From Alphaproteobacteria bacterium (GTDB taxonomy: Bacteria > Pseudomonadota > Alphaproteobacteria > Rhodobacterales > Rhodobacteraceae): 64,000 nt of DNA. Positions 37,298-46,202 of the stretch are shown piece by piece. The notes beneath the pieces are model-generated. The model saw only the letters and a list, made by a program, of their open reading frames with translations. It did not search any database and was not told the origin of the DNA. Each line of letters opens with the position of its first letter. Position 1 is the first letter of the stretch. The DNA lies in assembly GCA_030425185.1 (NCBI GenBank), contig JAUIAU010000011.1:114-64113 (forward strand). The letters run 5' to 3'. The translations under genes and the position numbers were made by a program.

Positions 37298-38290
37298 ATG
37301 CTGCCCGCCGCCGCCCTTGCACCGCTGCCACCGCCGGACCCGCTGACCGGCCCTGCCCCCGTCCCGGTCACGATCCTGATGGCGCTCTGCGACGGGGCCC
37401 CGTTCGTGGAAGACCAGATCGCCAGCCTCGCCGATCTCGCCGGGGTCACCGCGCTGCTGCACGTCCGCGACGATGCGTCCGAGGATGGCAGCCTTGGCCG
37501 GGTTGCCCGGGCCTGCCGCACGCACGGGCTGCCGCACCGAACCGCCCGCAATGCAACCCGGCAGGGCTTCGCGGCGACCTTCCTGACCCTGCTGCGGGAT
37601 CTGCCGGGCGCGCCCGGCCTCGTTGCGCTCTGCGATCAGGACGACGTCTGGCACCGGACCAAGCTGCGTCGGGCAGCGCGCATCCTGTCACGGGTTCCCC
37701 CCGGACAGGCCGCGATGGTGTGTGGGCGTGTCCGGGTCTGCGACGCGCGGCTGACGCTCGACGGGCAGGTGCTGCCGGTTGCCGCCCCGCGCGTGTCCTT
37801 CGCCAATGCGCTGGTCGAGAATGTCTGTCGCGGCAACACGATCGTCCTGAACGCGGCCGCTGCACGGCTGGCGCGCGACTGTGCCGCGGCCGCTCTCGAG
37901 GCCGGGGTCTATGCGCATGACTGGTGGCTCTACCTGCTCCTGACCGGAACCGGGGGGCAGGTGCTCTTCGATCCGGTGCCGGGGCTGCTCTATCGCCAGC
38001 ACGGGCGCAATGCCATCGGGGCCCCGCCGCCGCGCAAGGTGACCCTGCGGCGGGTGCGCGGGCTGCTCGATGGCAGTTTCGCCGGGCGGGTCACGCGCAA
38101 CCTCGCCGCGCTGCAGGCGATTTCCCCGCGCCTCACGCCGGAGGCGCGCGCCGCGGTGGCCCACCTGCATCTGGCGCGCGACGCGGGTCCCGTGGCGCGG
38201 CTGCGGTCCCTCGGGACCCTGCGCCTGCACCGCCAGTCACGCACCGGAACTGCCGGCCTCTGGGGCGCGGCCCTGCTTGGACGCCTCTAG
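37298..38290 (+). CDS. GT2-family glycosyltransferase (rhamnosyltransferase-like)
   Basis: VRDDASEDG, LCDQDDVW, GNTIVLN, AHDWW, YRQHGRN. Confidence 0.88.
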   Translation: MLPAAALAPLPPPDPLTGPAPVPVTILMALCDGAPFVEDQIASLADLAGVTALLHVRDDASEDGSLGRVARACRTHGLPHRTARNATRQGFAATFLTLLRDLPGAPGLVALCDQDDVWHRTKLRRAARILSRVPPGQAAMVCGRVRVCDARLTLDGQVLPVAAPRVSFANALVENVCRGNTIVLNAAAARLARDCAAAALEAGVYAHDWWLYLLLTGTGGQVLFDPVPGLLYRQHGRNAIGAPPPRKVTLRRVRGLLDGSFAGRVTRNLAALQAISPRLTPEARAAVAHLHLARDAGPVARLRSLGTLRLHRQSRTGTAGLWGAALLGRL

Positions 38291-38323
38291 GGGGGTCGGT
38301 CGCGGCCCGGGTCGCGGACGCCG

Positions 38324-39028
38324 TCAGTCGACCGCCAGCATGTAGCCCGCGCCGCGCACGGTCTGCAGGTAGCGAGGCTGCTTCGGATCGGTTTCGATCT
38401 TCCGGCGCAGGCGGGCGATCTGCACATCGACGGCGCGCTCCTGGCTCGGGTCGCCGTCCCGGTTCAGCGTCTCGACAAGCTGCGACCTGCTTAGCGCTGC
38501 GCCCGGCGACGCCGCGAAGATCCGCATCAGCGCCGTCTCGGTGGCGGTCAGGCGGATCTGCTCGCCGTCCCGCCACAGCTCGCCCTTCTCGATATCGTAG
38601 CGCACGGCGCCCAGCGTCAGTACCTTCGGGCCCAGCGCAACAGGCTCTTCGCGCGGCACGCGCCGGAGGATCGCGTTGATCCGCAGCAGCAGTTCTTTCG
38701 GCTCGAACGGCTTGCCGAGGTAATCGTCCGCCCCGGCCTCGAGACCGGCGATCCGGTCGGCGGTATCGCTGCGTGCGGTCAGCAGCAGGATCGGCGTCGT
38801 GATCTCCTGCCGGAGGCTCCGCGTCAGCGAGACACCGTCTTCCCCCGGCATCATCACGTCGAGCACGATCAGGTCGAACTCGAGACCGGCCAGCAGCCGC
38901 CGCGCCTGCGCCGCATCGCGGGCGACCGTCGCGAGGAACCCGTGCCGCATCAGGAACTTCTGCAACAGGCCCCGGATCCGCTCGTCATCGTCGACAAGCA
39001 GCAGGTGCGCCGCCGGTTCGTCGATCAC
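38324..39028 (-). CDS. petR: OmpR-family response regulator PetR
   Basis: LVDDD, LDVMMPGEDG, DDYLGKPF, VDVQIARLRRKIE, TVRGAGY. GTG start overlaps the petP stop. Confidence 0.88.
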   Translation of the reverse strand: MIDEPAAHLLLVDDDERIRGLLQKFLMRHGFLATVARDAAQARRLLAGLEFDLIVLDVMMPGEDGVSLTRSLRQEITTPILLLTARSDTADRIAGLEAGADDYLGKPFEPKELLLRINAILRRVPREEPVALGPKVLTLGAVRYDIEKGELWRDGEQIRLTATETALMRIFAASPGAALSRSQLVETLNRDGDPSQERAVDVQIARLRRKIETDPKQPRYLQTVRGAGYMLAVD

Positions 39029-39537
39029 GACGGGCCCCCGTCGCTGAGCGCGTTGAACTGGCGGCGGCATTCCGGGTCCATCATCTGTTCGAGCACGGTG
39101 CGGAACCCTGCCACGGCCTCGGGCCCGGCGGCCCGGAACGCCGCCCGCATCCGGCCCCGTTGCGCCTCGGACAGCGCGCGCTCCAGCGTCTCGCCGGCCT
39201 CGGTCAGGCGCAGGTGCCGCTCGCGCTTGTCCTTGTTGCCGACCTTCGCTTCCACCAGCCCGTCCTCGACCAGGGTCCGAAGCACGCGGTTCAGCGACTG
39301 CTTGGTGACACCGAGAATGGTCAGCAAATTGTTCACCGTCGTGCCCGGGGCACGGTTGATGAAATGCAACGCCCTGTGATGGGCGCGCCCGTAGCCCTTC
39401 TCGGCCAGGATGCGGTCCGGATCGGCGGTGAACCCGCGATAGGCGAAGAACATCGCCTCGATCCCCTTGCGCAACTGATCGTCGGTCAGAAACAGAAGGC
39501 TCTCGCCCCGCGTCACGACCTGCGCCGTCTCTGCCAT
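39025..39537 (-). CDS. petP: MarR-family transcriptional regulator PetP
   Basis: LFLTDDQLRKGIEAMFFAYRGF, GRAHHRA, TKQSLNRVL winged helix; divergent from ilvE. Confidence 0.88.
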   Translation of the reverse strand: MAETAQVVTRGESLLFLTDDQLRKGIEAMFFAYRGFTADPDRILAEKGYGRAHHRALHFINRAPGTTVNNLLTILGVTKQSLNRVLRTLVEDGLVEAKVGNKDKRERHLRLTEAGETLERALSEAQRGRMRAAFRAAGPEAVAGFRTVLEQMMDPECRRQFNALSDGGPS

Positions 39538-39577
39538 GCGCCCGGCCCCCTGCCCTTCGTACTCCACCTTTCGGTAG

Positions 39578-39600
39578 TTTATGTCAGCCTTGTTGACTTT
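39578..39600. promoter_or_regulatory. Palindromic operator GTCAG-N5-TTGAC between petP and ilvE
   Basis: TTTATGTCAGCCTTGTTGACTTT. The right half doubles as a -35 (TTGACT), with TATCGA 17 bp downstream toward ilvE. The same motif recurs at 52342, 53946 and 54020. Confidence 0.6.
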
Positions 39601-39702
39601 CCAAGACCTGATTGGTATCGAATCGCGGCTTGCACGAAAGATTGTGTCCGATGTGGACCTAGATCGCGCAACAAACGTAAAACGGCTGGAAGGGACCGAG
39701 AC

Positions 39703-40572
39703 ATGGCTGGCAGCTACGCAGACCGCGACGGCACGATCTGGATGGACGGCAAACTGGTGCCGTGGCGCGACGCGAACGTGCACATCCTGACCCACGCCAT
39801 GCACTACGCCTCGTCGGTGTTCGAGGGCGAGCGCGCCTACAACGGCAAGATCTTCGAAAGCCGCCGCCACTCCGAGCGCCTGCTCGCCTCCGGCCGGATG
39901 CTCGACATGGAGATCCCGTGGACCGTGGACGAGATCGAGACCGCGAAATACGAGGTCATGAAGGCCAACAACCTGACCGACGCCTATGTCCGGGCCGTGG
40001 CCTGGCGCGGCGCGGGCGAGGACATGGGCGTCTCGTCCGCCCGCAACCCTGTTCGCCTCGCAGTCGCGACCTGGGGCTGGGGCAACTACTACGGCGACGC
40101 CAAGATGAAGGGCGCGAAGCTCGACATCTCGAAGTGGAAGCGCCCCTCGCCCGAGACCATCCCGGTCCACGCCAAGGCCGCCGGTCTCTACATGATCTGC
40201 ACCATGTCCAAGCACACGGCCGAAGCGAAGGGATGCTCGGACGCGCTGTTCATGGATTACCGCGGCTACGTGGCCGAGGCGACCGGTGCCAACATCTTCT
40301 TCGTCAGGGACGGCGACGTGCACACGCCGATGGCGGACTGCTTCCTGAACGGGATTACCCGCCAGACCGTGATCGGGATGCTGAAGGAGCGCCAGATCAC
40401 CGTCCACGAGCGCCACATCGAACCGGCCGAGATGGAGAGCTTCCAGCAGTGCTGGCTCACCGGCACCGCCGCCGAGGTCACGCCGGTCGGCCAGATCGGC
40501 GACTACACCTTCGAGGTGGGCGCGCTGACCCGCGATGTCTCGGAAAGCTACGAGAAGCTCGTCAGGAGCTGA
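39703..40572 (+). CDS. ilvE: Branched-chain amino acid aminotransferase
   Basis: HAMHYASSVFEGERAY, HAKAAGLY (PLP Lys), EATGANIF, LNGITRQT, TGTAAEVTP. Confidence 0.95.
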   Translation: MAGSYADRDGTIWMDGKLVPWRDANVHILTHAMHYASSVFEGERAYNGKIFESRRHSERLLASGRMLDMEIPWTVDEIETAKYEVMKANNLTDAYVRAVAWRGAGEDMGVSSARNPVRLAVATWGWGNYYGDAKMKGAKLDISKWKRPSPETIPVHAKAAGLYMICTMSKHTAEAKGCSDALFMDYRGYVAEATGANIFFVRDGDVHTPMADCFLNGITRQTVIGMLKERQITVHERHIEPAEMESFQQCWLTGTAAEVTPVGQIGDYTFEVGALTRDVSESYEKLVRS

Positions 40573-41249
40573 CCCAGAACGGGGACGATCCACGACGTGT
40601 GGATCGTCTCCAGTATCGGGAAATGCCCTGCAATTCCGTCCATGATGAATTCGAACGCGATGGCGGCGATGATCAGCCCCATCAGCTTGTTGAACACCGA
40701 GGCGACCGCGGGCGTGAAGAACCGCGTCAGGGCACCGGCAACCAGCAGCGTCACCAGAACCGTGGCCGCCACGAGCAGCACGACCAGCGACACCAGGACC
40801 TGGTGACCGGGGGCGTCATGGTCGGTGGCGAACAGGACGACCGCACTCATCGCCCCCGGCCCGGCGAGGATCGGAATGCCGAGCGGCACGATCGCCAGCC
40901 CGGTGATCGACGCTTTTGCTGCCGTCTCTTCCTTCCCGACCGGCCTGTCATCGGGCGGGCTTGCGCGCAGCATGTCCACGGCCATCAGCAGCAGCAGGAA
41001 CCCGCCCGCCAGTCGGAAGGCCGCCAGCGAAACGCCGAACAGCGCCAGAAGCGCCCCGCCGAAGTAGATGAAGACCACAAGGACGATGACGAAGGTCAGC
41101 GACGAGACCAGCGCCGCCCGCGTCTGCTCGCTGCGACTGCGGCCGACCGTCAGCCCGAGAAACAGCGGAATGATCTGGGGCGCGGGGACCATCGCATAAA
41201 GGCCGGCAAAGACCCGCATGTACTCGTGCCAGTTGACCAGTTCGTCCAT
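40548..41249 (-). CDS. MarC family integral membrane protein
   Basis: AFRLAGGFLLL, IVPLGIPILAGPGAMS, KLMGLIIAAIA motifs. Confidence 0.88.
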   Translation of the reverse strand: MDELVNWHEYMRVFAGLYAMVPAPQIIPLFLGLTVGRSRSEQTRAALVSSLTFVIVLVVFIYFGGALLALFGVSLAAFRLAGGFLLLLMAVDMLRASPPDDRPVGKEETAAKASITGLAIVPLGIPILAGPGAMSAVVLFATDHDAPGHQVLVSLVVLLVAATVLVTLLVAGALTRFFTPAVASVFNKLMGLIIAAIAFEFIMDGIAGHFPILETIHTSWIVPVLGQLLTSFS

Positions 41250-41320
41250 GGCCAGGGTCCCCCGTCTCCGCGTCCAGGGGATCAGATTGGCCAGTGACGG
41301 GCAGCCTGTCCAGCCGGAGA

Positions 41321-41926
41321 TCAGAAATCGACGCCGCGCTGCGCCTTGATCCCGGCCTGGAACGGGTGCTTCACCTCGCGCATCTCGCTGACGAGGTCGG
41401 CATAGGCGCAGAGTTCCGGCTTCGCATCGCGGCCGGTCAGGATCACGCTTGTGCGGTCGGACCGGGCCTGCAGCGCCGCCAGCACCGCGTCCGTGCCGAG
41501 ATAGTCGTAGCGCAGCGCGATGTTGATTTCGTCGAGAACGAGCAGGTCGTAATCCCCGGACGCCATCATGTCGGCCGCACGCGCCAGCGCCGCGGTCGCC
41601 GCGGCCACGTCCCGGTCGAAATCCTGCGTGTCCCAGGTGAAGCCTTCGCCCATCGTGTGCCAGTCCACGGCGCCCAGCCGGTCGAAGAACTGCTTTTCCC
41701 CGGTGATCCAGGTGCCCTTGATGAACTGAACGACCCCGACGCGATGCCCCCAGCCCAGCGCCCGCACGATCACCCCGAAGGCGCTCGAACTCTTGCCCTT
41801 GCCGTCGCCGGTATGCACCAGCACGAGACCCCGCCCCGGATTACCACTCTCGGCGATCTTCGCCCGGTGCTCGGCCTGGGCCTCCTGCATCGCGGCCTTG
41901 TGCGCCGCCTTGTCCGTCCCGCTCAT
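41321..41926 (-). CDS. cobO: Cob(I)yrinic acid a,c-diamide adenosyltransferase
   Basis: HTGDGKGKSSSAFG, QFIKG, GEGFTW, LDEINIAL, LTGR, KHPFQAGIKAQRGVDF. Confidence 0.95.
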   Translation of the reverse strand: MSGTDKAAHKAAMQEAQAEHRAKIAESGNPGRGLVLVHTGDGKGKSSSAFGVIVRALGWGHRVGVVQFIKGTWITGEKQFFDRLGAVDWHTMGEGFTWDTQDFDRDVAAATAALARAADMMASGDYDLLVLDEINIALRYDYLGTDAVLAALQARSDRTSVILTGRDAKPELCAYADLVSEMREVKHPFQAGIKAQRGVDF

Positions 41927-43074
41927 GCCAGCACCCGTTCGATGGCCCACCACAATCCCATGATCCCGATCGCCGCAGAGATCGGCACCGAGACCCGTGC
42001 CCGGTACCAGTCCTGGCGTCCGAAGGGAACGCCCACCAGCAGGAAGGCCAGCGTCAGCACCGCCAGTTGCCCGAACTCCACCCCGATGTTGAAGCCGATC
42101 AGCCCGCTCAGGAAGGCGGCAGGCGACAGGCCGATCTCGCCCAGCACACTGGCGAACCCGATGCCGTGCAGCAGACCGAAGCCGAAGACCACCGCGACGC
42201 GCCGCACCCCGACCCGGGCCTCGGGTCCGCCGAACAGGATGTTCTCGACCGCGACATAAGCGATCGAAAGCGCGATCAGCGGCTCGACGACAAACCCGGG
42301 CAGGCTGACGATCCCCAGGGTCGCCAGCGCCAGAGTCACGGTATGCGCGACGGTGAAGGCGGTGACCTGCATCAGCAACGGCCGGGCCTTCAGGCTGAAG
42401 AAGAACAGCCCCAGCACGAACAGGATATGGTCGAGGCCCTTCGGCACGATATGGGTGAAGCCCAGTCCGACGTAGTTGACAAAAGCCGCGCCCAGCGACT
42501 GCTGCGCCACCGCGTCGCGCGGCAGCGGCAGGCTGATCTCGCCGCCCTGCAGGTAGCCGGAATACCCGGTCTCGGCGTCGCCCTGCCGCAGCACCAGCGA
42601 CCCGAAGCGGGCCTCCCACCCCACCGTCACCGGGGCGGTGCCGGGCGGCAGGTCGCCCCGGATCACGAGACGCGAGTCGCGGGCCACGCCGACATCGCCG
42701 ACCTCGGGAACCTCGACCGTCTCCAGCGTCAGCGGCACGTCCTGCCCGTCCGAGACGACCTTGAATCCCTCCGCGATCCTCGGCCAGGCCGCGCGCAGCC
42801 GCGCTTCCATCTCGGCGGGCGGCAGCGCGCGCAGGGCGTCGTGCTCGTCCGCGCGCTCCGACTCCGCGGTGTCCAGCACCGCGCTCAGGTCGATCCCCGC
42901 CACGAAAGGCTCGATCGGCGCGACCAGTTCCATCGTGATGGTCGCGGCGCCGACCGTCGCGTCCATGATCGCGGGCCGGATCTCGTGCGCGACCGCCAGT
43001 CCCGCCGCCAGCCAGATCACAAGCCCGGCAAGCGTGCTTGACAGCGCGCCGCGTGCAGCCACCCTGCGCGCCAT
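41923..43074 (-). CDS. HupE/UreJ-family membrane protein with periplasmic N-domain; start uncertain (43092/43074/43062)
   Basis: Signal ...AVA|HE; GFTHIVPKGLDHILF, FTVAHTVTL, FGLLHGIGFA, FNIGVEFGQ. Confidence 0.85.
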   Translation of the reverse strand: MARRVAARGALSSTLAGLVIWLAAGLAVAHEIRPAIMDATVGAATITMELVAPIEPFVAGIDLSAVLDTAESERADEHDALRALPPAEMEARLRAAWPRIAEGFKVVSDGQDVPLTLETVEVPEVGDVGVARDSRLVIRGDLPPGTAPVTVGWEARFGSLVLRQGDAETGYSGYLQGGEISLPLPRDAVAQQSLGAAFVNYVGLGFTHIVPKGLDHILFVLGLFFFSLKARPLLMQVTAFTVAHTVTLALATLGIVSLPGFVVEPLIALSIAYVAVENILFGGPEARVGVRRVAVVFGFGLLHGIGFASVLGEIGLSPAAFLSGLIGFNIGVEFGQLAVLTLAFLLVGVPFGRQDWYRARVSVPISAAIGIMGLWWAIERVLA

Positions 43075-43882
43075 GAACCGCCTCATTCGCATCCTTGCCC
43101 CGCTCCTCGTCCTTGTCGCAGCCCAGGCCCGGGCGCATGAATTCTGGATCGAGCCTCTCGCCTACCAGATCGCCCCCGGCGAGACCATCCAGGGCCAGAT
43201 CAAGATCGGCCAGTCCTTCGGCGGCTCGATCTATTCCTATCTGCCCAGCAGCTTCGTCCGGTTCGACGTGGTGACCGGCGGCGAGACGCATCCAGTGACC
43301 GGCCGCATCGGCGACCGCCCCGCGCTCAGTTATCCCGATGCACCCGAGGGTCTCGCGATCGTCGTTCACGAAACCGTCGACAACCGCCTGACCTATACCG
43401 AGCGGCAGAAGTTCGTGGACTTCGTGAACCACAAGGATGCCGCCTGGGTTCTGGACGAGCACGCCCGGCGCGGCCTGCCCGACACCGGCTTCACCGAGAC
43501 CTACCGCCGCTACGCGAAGACCCTCGTCGCGGTCGGTGCGGGGACGGGCGCGGATGCCCCGCAGGGCCTGCTCTGGGAACTTGTGGCGCTGGAAAACCCC
43601 TATACCGGCGACCTGTCGGACGGCCTCGACGTGCAGCTTCTGCACGAGGGGGCGCCGGTGCCCGAAGCCCAGATCGAGCTCTTCGCCAAGTCGGCCGACG
43701 ACAGTGTCGAGACCACCTACCACCGCACGGGCGCCGACGGCGTCGTGACGCTGCCGGTGGTCGCGGGCACGGCCTATCTCGTGGACTCGGTCCGGCTGGA
43801 ACCGCGCGAGCCTTCCGAGGCGACGCAGGGCGCGGTCTGGCACTCGCTGTGGGCCAGCCTCGTGTTCCGGACACCGGACTGA
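43073..43882 (+). CDS. DUF4198-like periplasmic protein (Ni/Co uptake-associated)
   Basis: Signal peptide ...QARA|HEFWIEP; RYAKTLV, ELVALENPY, TGADG, WASLVF. Confidence 0.75.
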   Translation: MNRLIRILAPLLVLVAAQARAHEFWIEPLAYQIAPGETIQGQIKIGQSFGGSIYSYLPSSFVRFDVVTGGETHPVTGRIGDRPALSYPDAPEGLAIVVHETVDNRLTYTERQKFVDFVNHKDAAWVLDEHARRGLPDTGFTETYRRYAKTLVAVGAGTGADAPQGLLWELVALENPYTGDLSDGLDVQLLHEGAPVPEAQIELFAKSADDSVETTYHRTGADGVVTLPVVAGTAYLVDSVRLEPREPSEATQGAVWHSLWASLVFRTPD

Positions 43883-43886
43883 CCGG

Positions 43887-44840
43887 TTACAGACCCTTCT
43901 GCTGCGCGGCGGCCCGCTGCCGCGCGCGCTCCAGCCCGAGCTGCCGTTCGCGCCAGATGATCAGCAGACCGGCCAGCACGACCAGCGCCGCCCCGGCAAG
44001 GACGGTGCCGGTCGGCACCTCGTCGAAGATCACGTAGCCGATCAGGATGGCGAACAGGATCGAGGCATAGTCGAACGGGGCGACCAGCCCGGCATCGGCG
44101 AAACGATAGGCGCTGGTCAGCAGGATCTGCCCGACCCCGCCCATCAGCCCGGCGAGGATCAGCATCCCCAGCACCAGCGGATCGGGCCAGACCCAGCCGA
44201 AGGGCAGCGTCAACAGGGCCATGCCGCTGGCGGTGACCGAGAACCAGAACACGATGGCCGCGGTTCCCTCGGTCGCCACCATCTTGCGCACGAAGACCTG
44301 CGCCAGCGCCGCACAGGCCGCGCCGGACAGCACGATCACGGCCCCCAGCTTCTCGGCATCCGAGGTTTCGCCCCCGAGCGCGGTCAGTCGGGGCGACAGG
44401 ACGACGAGGACCCCGACGAGGCCCAGCGCCACCGTGCTCAGCCGGAACGCGCGCACCTGTTCCCCGAGAAACATCGCGGCGAAGATCACCACCAGCAGCG
44501 GCGCGGCATAGCCGATTGCGGTGACCTCGGGCAGGGGCAGCAGGCCGAGCCCGGTGAAGGTGCAGAGCATCGCCAGCGTGCCCATCAGCCCGCGCCAGAC
44601 ATGACCCATCGGGTTCCGGGTGCGCCAGCCGCGGGCAAGGTCACCCTGCAGCGCCAGCCAGCCAAGGATCACCGGCAGGGCGAAGGCCGACCGGAAGAAC
44701 ACCGCCTGCCCCGGCGGCACGGTGTCGGACACGGCCTTGATCAGGGCCGACATGGCCACGAAGACGCTGACCGAACCGATCTTGCAGAGAATGCCCAGCC
44801 CGGGCGATGGCGCGGGCCGGGGCAACATGTGCCTGTCCAT
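43887..44840 (-). CDS. DMT/EamA family transporter (start 44840 or 44828)
   Basis: Two EamA repeats; QAVFFRSAF, LVAPFDYASILFA. Confidence 0.88.
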   Translation of the reverse strand: MDRHMLPRPAPSPGLGILCKIGSVSVFVAMSALIKAVSDTVPPGQAVFFRSAFALPVILGWLALQGDLARGWRTRNPMGHVWRGLMGTLAMLCTFTGLGLLPLPEVTAIGYAAPLLVVIFAAMFLGEQVRAFRLSTVALGLVGVLVVLSPRLTALGGETSDAEKLGAVIVLSGAACAALAQVFVRKMVATEGTAAIVFWFSVTASGMALLTLPFGWVWPDPLVLGMLILAGLMGGVGQILLTSAYRFADAGLVAPFDYASILFAILIGYVIFDEVPTGTVLAGAALVVLAGLLIIWRERQLGLERARQRAAAQQKGL

Positions 44841-44915
44841 GTGCCAGTGCTAGCGCCCCGGCGCGGCGCGGGAAAGCGCCATTGCAACCGGGACGCGGCG
44901 CACCGGCGCGGACCC

Positions 44916-45101
44916 TCAGGCGGTGTGGCCGCGCTCGATCCGCAGGAACGCCTTCAGGCGCGCGGCGGTCACGCCAGGATCCCGCGGACGGGCATGCAGG
45001 GCGCCGGTGTTGGGGTTCGCCTGCTCGGCATGGGCCGCCTTGACGTGCCGCACCTTGCGGCTCCCGGTGCGGGTCCGGTCGGTATCTGCAACGTGTCGCA
45101 T
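44916..45101 (-). CDS. Small basic hypothetical protein (61 aa)
   Basis: ATG preceded by a strong SD (AAGGAGG); fills the gap between queG and the DMT gene on the same strand. Confidence 0.6.
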   Translation of the reverse strand: MRHVADTDRTRTGSRKVRHVKAAHAEQANPNTGALHARPRDPGVTAARLKAFLRIERGHTA

Positions 45102-45170
45102 GAAACCCTCCTTTTCCATTGGATGGAGGGCGACCCTACCACAGTCCGGGCCGCCTGTCGCCCCGGGGGC

Positions 45171-46202
45171 TCAGGACAGGCGCTTCAGCGCCCACGCCGC
45201 GGCCTCCGCCACCGTCGCGTCCGGATCGTCGAGATGGGGCCGCGCGGCCTCGGCCAGTCCCGGATCGCCGGAATTCCCGATGGCGTAGAGCACGTTGCGC
45301 AGGAATCGGTCGCGACCGATCCGCTTGATCGGACTGCCCGAGAACCGCGCCCGGAACGCCGCATCGTCCAGCGCCGCCAGCTCGGCCAGCGGCGGGGCCC
45401 CGATCGCGTCGGAGGCGGCATAGCGCGACTCGCGGGCCGTGACCGCGAACTTGTTCCAGGGGCACACCGCGAGGCAGTCGTCACACCCGTAGATCCGGTT
45501 ACCCAGCAGCGGGCGCAGCGCCGGGTCCACGGGTCCCTTGTGCTCGATGGTCAGGTAGCTGATGCAGCGCCGCGCATCGAGGCGGTAGGGCGCCGGGAAC
45601 GCCGCCGTCGGACAGATGTCGAGACAGGCCCGGCACGAGCCGCAATGATCGGCCTCGGGCGCATCGCGCGGCAGATCGACCGTGGTGAAGATCGCCCCGA
45701 GGAACACCCAGTTCCCCATCTCCCGGCTCACGAGGTTGGTGTGCTTGCCCTGCCAGCCGAGGCCCGCCGCCTGCGCCAGCGGCTTCTCCATCACCGGGGC
45801 CGTGTCGACGAAGACCTTCACCTCGGCCCCCGGCACCTCCGCCACCAGCCAGCGCGCGACCCGCTTCAGCCGCTTCTTGACGAGGTCATGATAATCCCGC
45901 CCCTGCGCATAGACCGAGATCGCCCCCCGGTCGCGCTGCCCGAGCACCTCCAGCGGATCGTGCTCGGGCGTATAGCTTTCCGCCAGCATCACGACCGAGC
46001 GCGCCTCGGGCCACAGCGCGCGCGGATCGCCGCGCCACGCGGTGCGCTCCGCCATCCACGCCATCTGCCCGTGATACCCGGCGTCCAGAAAGGCGCGCAG
46101 CCGATCCGCGGCCTGCGGGATGTCGCCGGGCCCGCAGACCCGCGCCGCGACGAACCCCTCCGCCAGCGCGGTCCGGATCAGCCGCGCCTTCAGATCCGTC
46201 AA
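45171..46202 (-). CDS. queG: Epoxyqueuosine reductase
   Basis: [54 protein letters not shown] start overlaps the upstream stop. Confidence 0.94.
   Translation of the reverse strand: MTDLKARLIRTALAEGFVAARVCGPGDIPQAADRLRAFLDAGYHGQMAWMAERTAWRGDPRALWPEARSVVMLAESYTPEHDPLEVLGQRDRGAISVYAQGRDYHDLVKKRLKRVARWLVAEVPGAEVKVFVDTAPVMEKPLAQAAGLGWQGKHTNLVSREMGNWVFLGAIFTTVDLPRDAPEADHCGSCRACLDICPTAAFPAPYRLDARRCISYLTIEHKGPVDPALRPLLGNRIYGCDDCLAVCPWNKFAVTARESRYAASDAIGAPPLAELAALDDAAFRARFSGSPIKRIGRDRFLRNVLYAIGNSGDPGLAEAARPHLDDPDATVAEAAAWALKRLS

Noticed and set aside
43040-43100. Cobalamin riboswitch upstream of hupE-cobO
   Set aside because: There is no intergenic space and no B12-box or GGGAA/GCCACTG elements.
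41321-43843. 840-aa apparent fusion ending in CobO
   Set aside because: Only the last 201 codons are CobO (ATG 41926 overlaps the hupE stop). The rest is an off-frame or antisense read of hupE and the DUF4198-like gene.
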